Positions 57,992 through 64,000 of a stretch of DNA of 64,000 nt are shown here, piece by piece. Source of the DNA: a virus. How positions within the stretch are numbered: the first letter of the stretch is position 1; each line of letters opens with the position of its first letter. Made by a program: the position numbers and the translations under genes. The notes below the pieces were generated by a model. It was not told the origin of the DNA. It did not search any database and saw only the letters and a list, made by a program, of their open reading frames with translations. The stretch covers positions 104,129-168,128 of IMG/VR virus record IMGVR_UViG_3300047564_002155. The stretch is one strand, 5' to 3'.

Positions 57992-58810
57992 ATGAAAAAA
58001 CTCATCAATGAATGTATCATAGTAGCCAAGAGAGTTGGTGATACTCTTGTTATGGCGAAGAACCGAGATAGGGCTTATAAGCCCGAACTTGAAGTGGTTC
58101 ACGAAATTATTGATGGAGTTGAAGTAGCATATCTACGAGATACTATTACGGATTGGTCCGAAGGTATGAACGAGTATGGTATTGGTATTCTCAATACAGC
58201 CCTTATGGTTGGATACGATGAGAACGAAAAGAAGATTGTGAAGAAGGGTGGTAAACCCTCAAAAGATGGTGCAAGAATTAGACAAGCACTTTCAAAGAAA
58301 ACACTTAAAGACACGCTTGTTCAAGTTGTAAGGGGTGATGGTGGTGTAAAGGGTCACACTATGATTGGAACACCACAAAAGGTAGTTTCGGTTGAGATGA
58401 CCTCTAAACACTCACCTAAAATTGATGTTAGAGATGTTGACTCTGAAAACTTTGTAAGAACAAACCACGGATATCATTATGGTGATGCTGGATATACGGA
58501 AGGACCTGATTACCTTTCATCCAAAATCAGAAAGATGTCTGCTGAAAAGGTGGTAGACAAAGTTGAAGATGCTATTGAGATTTTAAGAGGATTGAGAAAA
58601 CAATTGTATAAACAAGACTCACCTCTTAATATGAGAAGAGATACACCAAAAATGTCCACTTCATCTCAATTGATGTTAAACCTTACTGATTTAGTATTAG
58701 AATTGGATTTCTTTGAAAGTAAGGTAGAAAAGTTTCACGGAATTGTGAATAAACTTCCAGAGGGTAGAACTCCGAGGATAAAAGTAGTTGTGAAAAAAAT
58801 CAATCTATAA
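57992..58810 (+). CDS. Ntn-hydrolase-fold protein (C45/NRDE/choloylglycine-hydrolase-like)
   Basis: 'C-IIVA....VMAKNRD', 'EGMNEYGIGI', 'RTNH'. Confidence 0.7.
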   Translation: MKKLINECIIVAKRVGDTLVMAKNRDRAYKPELEVVHEIIDGVEVAYLRDTITDWSEGMNEYGIGILNTALMVGYDENEKKIVKKGGKPSKDGARIRQALSKKTLKDTLVQVVRGDGGVKGHTMIGTPQKVVSVEMTSKHSPKIDVRDVDSENFVRTNHGYHYGDAGYTEGPDYLSSKIRKMSAEKVVDKVEDAIEILRGLRKQLYKQDSPLNMRRDTPKMSTSSQLMLNLTDLVLELDFFESKVEKFHGIVNKLPEGRTPRIKVVVKKINL

Positions 58811-58825
58811 AACAGGAGATATGAA

Positions 58826-58966
58826 ATGGCTAAAATGAAAGCCCAAACCACAACTTCATTTCAAGAGAAGTCAAAAGTAAGTAGACCCGGCGTTCACGCT
58901 AAAACAAAAACATCGCAACTGAAATCTTCAAAAAACTACAAGAAGAAATACAGAGGACAGGGGTAA
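58826..58966 (+). CDS. Small basic protein ending KKYRGQG (not in the ORF track)
   Basis: Translated by hand: MAKMKAQTTTSFQEKSKVSRPGVHAKTKTSQLKSSKNYKKKYRGQG*. AGGAG upstream. Confidence 0.75.
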   Translation: MAKMKAQTTTSFQEKSKVSRPGVHAKTKTSQLKSSKNYKKKYRGQG

Positions 58967-58971
58967 ATAAG

Positions 58972-59094
58972 ATGGCAAAGTCAGCGAAAAAGAGATTGGC
59001 TCCGTCAAAGCCCAAAAGTAAAAAGACCCAAGTCAAGTTTGAAAAAAGAATGGAACACAATAATAAAGTGATTTCTAAACTTCAATCAAAATAA
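58972..59094 (+). CDS. Small basic protein (not in the ORF track)
   Basis: Translated by hand: MAKSAKKRLAPSKPKSKKTQVKFEKRMEHNNKVISKLQSK*. Confidence 0.6.
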   Translation: MAKSAKKRLAPSKPKSKKTQVKFEKRMEHNNKVISKLQSK

Positions 59095-59098
59095 TTTT

Positions 59099-59107
59099 AT
59101 ATTTATA
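59099..59107 (+). promoter_or_regulatory. Putative late-promoter motif ATATTTATA
   Basis: 4 nt before ATG 59112. Confidence 0.55.
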
Positions 59108-59111
59108 CGAT

Positions 59112-59588
59112 ATGGCACTGATTAAAACAAAACGAGGATTAGAAAGACAAGCTCTTCAAACCATTCACAATCCACCATCCGCTACTCAACAAGTTAAAGT
59201 GAGTAGAGAGAATCAGGATGAGAAAAGAAAAATGGTTAGAGAGTTGATTCCATTTCTTGCAATGTTATACAAAAAATACTTGAATGCTAAGATTGAAGAA
59301 CAATCATTAAAAGAAGCCAATATCTTTAAACATAGAGTATCACTTGACCCATCATCATTTGATAGATTAAAATCAAATTACAAAAAGTTAAATTCAAAGA
59401 ATGTTGTAATTGATGACGCATTTAAGAGTCAGACAATTTGGGGAGTTCGTAGAGGTGAGAGAGACGCTCATTGGAAATACGACACCGACACTTATGAATT
59501 ACACTTTGATGATGTAAAAATACAACCACAAGTTCTTGGGTTGGTAAATTTCTTTAATAAAGTAAAAGATAATCACCCGTGGGCGTAA
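59112..59588 (+). CDS. Hypothetical late protein
   Basis: 158 aa with an internal 'SLKE|A' putative processing site. Confidence 0.6.
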   Translation: MALIKTKRGLERQALQTIHNPPSATQQVKVSRENQDEKRKMVRELIPFLAMLYKKYLNAKIEEQSLKEANIFKHRVSLDPSSFDRLKSNYKKLNSKNVVIDDAFKSQTIWGVRRGERDAHWKYDTDTYELHFDDVKIQPQVLGLVNFFNKVKDNHPWA

Positions 59589-61630
59589 TTGTAGAAGCGT
59601 GTTGGAAGGGATACAAACAAGCCGGTCTCAAGAAAAAGGGAGACCGAATGGTTCCCAACTGCGTTCCAATTAGCGAAGACATTAATATTCCAATTAATGT
59701 TGGTGATGTTGTCCTTGGTGGTAAATTCAAAAACAAAAGAATTGTTGTAAAGTCAATAAGTAAAAACGAAAAAGGTGATATCACAATCAACGGAAAACCA
59801 TTACTCAAATTTAGAATGGTTCAAGAAGGTGAGGATGTTATTGGTATTTGTGAGATGGGATGTGGTCCTCGTAAAAAGGGTGAATCTGAAGCCGACTACA
59901 AAAAAAGGTGTGGTGGATATACATACGCATTTCCACTTTATATGAGTTCAAAAGAAGAACCACAAGAAGAACCCACCACACCTCCTTCAGATTCAGAAAC
60001 CCCAGCGGAAACTCCAACTGATGGTGGTATTGAAGAAGCAAATGCAGTTACTGGTGGTAAAATACATAAATTCATTACAGGTAAAAACCTTACACTAAAA
60101 GGTAAGAAATATGCTGATATTGAATTTGAAGTGGTATCTACTGATAATAAATCCGAACTTGTTAGATTGAGAATTTTATTCCCACTCAATCTTGCCGGTC
60201 AAGAATTGAATGTCCCATTCAAAACTATCAGAAGAGGACCATTCATCAAAACCCAAACTAAAGGGGTATTTGAAACTATCAAAAAAGTAGATGGTAAGTA
60301 TGTTGTATATCCAAAAAAGGGTGGTGATAGATTAGGAACTCACGACTCATACGAAGCAGCATTAAAACAATTACAAGCCATTGAAGCAAGTAAAGCAAGA
60401 CGCAATGAAGATTGGAGTGATAAATACAAACGCTCCATAGATTGTAATAATCCAAAAGGGTTTTCACAAAAAGCACATTGTCAAGGTAGAAAAAAAAACG
60501 AATTACAACAACTTGAAGAAGACCTTCGTAATTGGTTTGGTAAAGGTAAGACTGGTTCATCCGATGGTGGTGGTTGGGATAGATATGGAACTGATGGTCA
60601 GAAATTAGGTAAGTGTGGTGATGGTGAAGATGGTGATGCTTACGCAGCGTGTTTATCAAAAGAGAAAGCTGCAAAACTTGGACCGGAAGGTAGAGCCGCA
60701 TTCGTAAGAAGAAAAAGAGCTGACCAAAAGAAAGCAGGTGACGCTAAAAAGGGTGGTGAACAAAAGAAAGGTCAGAAACCTACATTCTCAAGGACGGGTG
60801 CAAGTGAAGGTGTAATCAACGAAAATGTAATCGCAAATATTCTCATCAAACTAATTGTATCGGCTGGCGTTATTGTAGTTAGAGTATTTTGGAATTTGTT
60901 TGTAGATAGAGTAGTTGATGGTGCTATAAGAACCTATCACGATATCAAAGATATTGTTGCGCCTGAACCTTATATTAAATTCTTAAAGGGTTTAGCAAAG
61001 AACGACGCATTCAACAAACAATTTATTCAATTTGCTATTGAAAATAAAAAAGGAAAAAACCTCATTGGAAATAGTTGGATTGAAAAAGTAACAACTCTAC
61101 CTGCATTCATAGAAGCATTTGATAGATTTACAAAAGATGAAGGTATTGATGGAAGTAATAAAACAAGATTACTTGCTGTTATTAAAAAGTCAATGTGGGA
61201 TACATACTTACGAAATTGGAAAGGTATTTATCAAATGTTGAAAAAGAAATACCCTCAACTTGCTAATGAATTACCAGAAGGAAAGATAAACGAAATCCCA
61301 ATGGCTGACCTTCAGAAGATTGACCAATTTGCAGATAAACAACTCAACCCACTTGATATAGTAATCACCGACAAACATTTCTTTGATAGATTGAACGACC
61401 CTCGTAATGGTAAAGAAATCTCACAGGCGGAACTCATTGGGTTCTTCAAAAGATTGGGTAAGAACAAAAAACAATTCTTGGATTTCCTTGACAAGTATCA
61501 AGAAATGGTTGCGGTTGATGATAGAACCAATATCAACATCCCGTTTATGAAACAGGCGAACAAAGCAATCGCTAAGACCATTATGAGAAAAAAAGATTTC
61601 AAATCTTCTACTCCAAAGTTGGATATTTAA
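59579..61630 (+). CDS. Modular head-associated polyprotein-like protein
   Basis: A string of short modules ('CWKGY..VPNCVP', 'SIDCNNPKGFSQKAHC', 'DLRNWFG', 'HFFDRLNDPRN') separated by Glu-ending linkers. Confidence 0.65.
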   Translation: MGVIVEACWKGYKQAGLKKKGDRMVPNCVPISEDINIPINVGDVVLGGKFKNKRIVVKSISKNEKGDITINGKPLLKFRMVQEGEDVIGICEMGCGPRKKGESEADYKKRCGGYTYAFPLYMSSKEEPQEEPTTPPSDSETPAETPTDGGIEEANAVTGGKIHKFITGKNLTLKGKKYADIEFEVVSTDNKSELVRLRILFPLNLAGQELNVPFKTIRRGPFIKTQTKGVFETIKKVDGKYVVYPKKGGDRLGTHDSYEAALKQLQAIEASKARRNEDWSDKYKRSIDCNNPKGFSQKAHCQGRKKNELQQLEEDLRNWFGKGKTGSSDGGGWDRYGTDGQKLGKCGDGEDGDAYAACLSKEKAAKLGPEGRAAFVRRKRADQKKAGDAKKGGEQKKGQKPTFSRTGASEGVINENVIANILIKLIVSAGVIVVRVFWNLFVDRVVDGAIRTYHDIKDIVAPEPYIKFLKGLAKNDAFNKQFIQFAIENKKGKNLIGNSWIEKVTTLPAFIEAFDRFTKDEGIDGSNKTRLLAVIKKSMWDTYLRNWKGIYQMLKKKYPQLANELPEGKINEIPMADLQKIDQFADKQLNPLDIVITDKHFFDRLNDPRNGKEISQAELIGFFKRLGKNKKQFLDFLDKYQEMVAVDDRTNINIPFMKQANKAIAKTIMRKKDFKSSTPKLDI

Positions 61631-61649
61631 AATTTATTTTGTATATTTG
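61618..61649 (+). promoter_or_regulatory. Bacteroidota sigmaA-type promoter
   Basis: GTTG-N20-TATATTTG, 1 nt before ATG 61651. Confidence 0.6.
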
Positions 61650-61650
61650 T

Positions 61651-62403
61651 ATGAAGCTAATATCTCTTATAGTAGAAGGAATGTACGACAAGTTAGTTGG
61701 TGAGATAAACAAAGATATCTTTAAGACCATCAAATCCGCTATGCTTAAAAGCGGAACGCAAGAATCTCCAAAGAAGTATAAAGGTTACGCAGTTCGTAAA
61801 GAACCCGTGTTAACAATGTCTGACTTGTTTTTTTCAGAAAGACGCTCATTGTATGTTGGTGAATATAACGATAGCGTAAGTGGTGTAGATGTTGAAGTAG
61901 ACCTGAAGCTTGCAATCAGCGAAGAGGGTGTAACTCCTGGCAAATTCTTTATAGATGGTTCGGCCGAAGCTGATTCTGAATATCCTTCAATTGAAGTTCA
62001 TATTGGTATTCACCCATCGGATGGTGAAACTATTTTTTCAAAGATTCAGCCAGTTCTTCGTGACTTGGTACGACACGAAGTAGAACACTTGACTCACGGA
62101 AGAAAGTCAGCGTCTGCAAAATCATCAAAGGTTTTGAGGGGTGATGAAAAAATGAGAGTTAAAATTAGACAAAATCCTGAATTATATTACAAGTATTATC
62201 TTTTACCAAAAGAGGTAGATGCAAACATTCAAGGATTATATTCAAAGGCAAAGACATTGAAGAAACCATATCAACAAGTGGTTGATGACTATTTGGATTC
62301 TTTAGTTGATGATGGTATTATTACACCCAAGAACAGAATGTTAATTTATAAAACGTGGAAGAACCGAATCACAAAAATCGGTGGTATTCCTAATTTGAAA
62401 TAA
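61651..62403 (+). CDS. HExxH zincin-like metalloprotease
   Basis: 'VRHEVEHLTH' plus downstream 'YYLLPKEVDA'. Confidence 0.6.
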   Translation: MKLISLIVEGMYDKLVGEINKDIFKTIKSAMLKSGTQESPKKYKGYAVRKEPVLTMSDLFFSERRSLYVGEYNDSVSGVDVEVDLKLAISEEGVTPGKFFIDGSAEADSEYPSIEVHIGIHPSDGETIFSKIQPVLRDLVRHEVEHLTHGRKSASAKSSKVLRGDEKMRVKIRQNPELYYKYYLLPKEVDANIQGLYSKAKTLKKPYQQVVDDYLDSLVDDGIITPKNRMLIYKTWKNRITKIGGIPNLK

Positions 62404-62407
62404 CACT

Positions 62408-63268
62408 ATGGATTTCACTAATAACCCACATTTAAAAGAGTATCTCCGTAAAAAAGAGATGGAGTTGGAAGCTAAAAAAGCTAGTCAAAAACGAATTGTT
62501 GAAGACAAAGCTCGTAAAAAGTGGTTGGAATACCAAAAACATTTAAGAAACACATTGGGTGGTGGGTACGTTCAGAGTTCACTTTCATTCATAACTGATG
62601 ATTTGGTATTATATTACGATGCGAATATGCTAACTTCATATAATGGAGTTGGTTCTACAATACGAGATGTTTCTGGAAACAATAGAAACGGAACAATTGT
62701 AGGTTCTCCTAATTGGAATTCCAATGGGTGGTTTGATTTTTCAAATGATTATATTGTTACTCCAGATTTAGACCAAGTGCTGACTATTGGGGATGAAGCT
62801 CATTCCATAGAGGTTTGGGTGTATCCGACAAATAATGGTGTAATTGCATCTTACTTGGGAACTGCTGTTGCTGACGATAATTACCATTTTAGTGCTATTG
62901 AGTTAGTATCGGGTCAAGTGGAATTTGGATTATGGAATGGTACAGCTATCACAAGTACAGGTCCAACCGGAGCTCTTACATTTAATGAGTGGCATCAAAT
63001 AGTATTAACATACAATGGAGATGGTTCTCCTGTTAAAGGTTATGTTGATAGTGTTTTAGTAGACCAAACCTCAAATATGAACTTTCACTCACCAATGGAT
63101 GACTCCTTGCCTAGCTTTCATATTGCTTTTGGTGGTTTAGATTCTACTAGCCAAGGAGATGGAACTTATTTTGATGGTAGATTTGGTATTGCTAGAATTT
63201 ATGGAAGAGCCTTAACTCAAGATGAAATAATTCAAAATTATAGAAGAAACATTAGTTATTATAGATAA
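62408..63268 (+). CDS. Concanavalin A / LamG-like lectin domain protein
   Basis: 'LVLYYDA..SY.G.G..I.DVSGNNRNGT', 'SIEVWVYP', 'WHQIVLTY', 'FDG...ARIY.RALT..EI.QNY'. Confidence 0.85.
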   Translation: MDFTNNPHLKEYLRKKEMELEAKKASQKRIVEDKARKKWLEYQKHLRNTLGGGYVQSSLSFITDDLVLYYDANMLTSYNGVGSTIRDVSGNNRNGTIVGSPNWNSNGWFDFSNDYIVTPDLDQVLTIGDEAHSIEVWVYPTNNGVIASYLGTAVADDNYHFSAIELVSGQVEFGLWNGTAITSTGPTGALTFNEWHQIVLTYNGDGSPVKGYVDSVLVDQTSNMNFHSPMDDSLPSFHIAFGGLDSTSQGDGTYFDGRFGIARIYGRALTQDEIIQNYRRNISYYR

Positions 63269-63837
63269 TGGGAAAAGTATTAAGAGTATTTGATTTTGAT
63301 GATACACTTGCTAAAAGTGTATCATATATCTATGTAACACATTCTGATGGTACGGAAAGTACCCTTGACCCAGGAGAATACGCAGTTTATGAACCAAAAC
63401 CTGGTGACAAGTTTGACTTCCGTGATTTCAATAGGATGTTAAATAAACCAAAAATTATCAAGAAGAATGTGGATTTGTTACGAAGAATGATTTCAAGTCC
63501 TGAAAAGAAAGTTACCATTCTTACCGCTCGTAAGTTAGGATTTCCTGTCAAGTATTGGTTCAAAAAGAATTTGGGTGTAGATGTATATGTTGTTGCACTT
63601 GGTGATGCTAATCCACAAGCTAAAGCTGATTGGATTGAGAAACATATTAAAAGTGGATATACTGATATTGCATTTATGGATGATTCAATCAAAAATGTAA
63701 AAGCAGTAGCCGCTTTACAAGACAAATACCCAAATGTAAGATTAAAATCCATTCTTGCAGTTGAACACCTTTCTCATTCAGAAACCAAGGAATTGTTAGA
63801 AAATTATATTTCCGACCAATTTAAGTCATATTTATAA
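63268..63837 (+). CDS. HAD-superfamily phosphatase
   Basis: 'VFDFDDTL', 'ILTAR', 'K', 'FMDDS.KN'. Confidence 0.8.
   Translation: MGKVLRVFDFDDTLAKSVSYIYVTHSDGTESTLDPGEYAVYEPKPGDKFDFRDFNRMLNKPKIIKKNVDLLRRMISSPEKKVTILTARKLGFPVKYWFKKNLGVDVYVVALGDANPQAKADWIEKHIKSGYTDIAFMDDSIKNVKAVAALQDKYPNVRLKSILAVEHLSHSETKELLENYISDQFKSYL
63828..63836 (+). promoter_or_regulatory. Putative late-promoter motif ATATTTATA
   Basis: Overlaps the stop of the HAD gene, upstream of ATG 63864. Confidence 0.5.
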
Positions 63838-63863
63838 CCAGTTTATTTTAACAAGGAACCGAT

Positions 63864-64000
63864 ATGGCTGCTACATCTCAAAAAGAGGTTTTAGAAAGAA
63901 TTCTTATAGAAATCGCTGCGATGAAGACCAAACTCCCAAATGGGGAGTTAAAGCGTATGGAAGAGTCTGTCCGTGACCTTCGTGATAACTACACTACTTT
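63864..64000 (+). CDS. Hypothetical coiled-coil protein (3'-truncated)
   Basis: MAATSQKEVLERILIEIAAMKTKLPNGELKRMEESVRDLRD..., open to the window end. Confidence 0.6.
   Translation, partial: MAATSQKEVLERILIEIAAMKTKLPNGELKRMEESVRDLRDNYTT

Noticed and set aside
59570-59590. Programmed frameshift fusing 59112 with 59579
   Set aside because: No slippery heptamer is evident and an in-frame TAA lies at 59570. A simple overlapping GTG start explains the arrangement.
4408-61649. Recurrent ~32-bp sequence as a CRISPR repeat or mobile-element end
   Set aside because: The copies are dispersed, imperfect and always upstream of genes, which fits promoters rather than an array.
2025-63752. All minus-strand ORFs and short alternative-frame + ORFs in the track
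   Set aside because: They lie almost entirely within longer, motif-bearing + strand genes and have no recognisable motifs, so they are shadow ORFs.
1-64000. tRNA/rRNA genes, introns, inteins, stop-codon reassignment
   Set aside because: Intergenic gaps are short and show no cloverleaf. PolB, NrdA, RecA and the helicase are of normal length and uninterrupted. Genes are intact in the standard code.

Overview
The whole window reads as part of a large, lytic, T4-like (myovirus-type) dsDNA phage genome. It is AT-rich, densely coding and entirely on the + strand, with the standard genetic code. The host is probably a Bacteroidota/FCB bacterium: about 12 copies of a TTTG-N19/20-TAnnTTTG promoter are present and one protein carries a T9SS C-terminal sorting domain. 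From left to right: (1) the end of a baseplate/tail module (1-4.4 kb). (2) A replication and nucleotide module (5-33 kb): a mini family-A polymerase, gp32-like SSB, RecA, 5'-3' exonuclease, helicase, NrdB/MazG/NrdA, glutamine synthetase II, family-B polymerase, clamp and clamp loader. It is interleaved with putative DNA-modification genes: three Mom-like GNATs, a DUF4338/DruA-like protein, a glycosyltransferase, a 2OG-Fe(II) oxygenase and Nmad1. (3) A ~16 kb glycan island (33.6-49.2 kb) with a carbamoyltransferase, many glycosyl- and methyltransferases, and a NeuB/NeuA/phosphatase/sialyltransferase-like nonulosonic-acid pathway. (4) An endolysin followed by the most unusual element, a ~7.3 kb operon (50.7-58.0 kb) of envelope proteins. 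It encodes a T9SS-tagged cohesin/dockerin scaffold, two paralogous dockerin proteins with swapped C-type-lectin and NIDO-like inserts, two CsgG-like proteins and a predicted beta-barrel, i.e. a candidate phage-encoded, cellulosome-like cell-surface display system. (5) Late genes with Glu-ending putative prohead-protease sites, including a modular polyprotein and an Ntn-hydrolase. All functional calls come from motif recognition by eye; no database searches were run.
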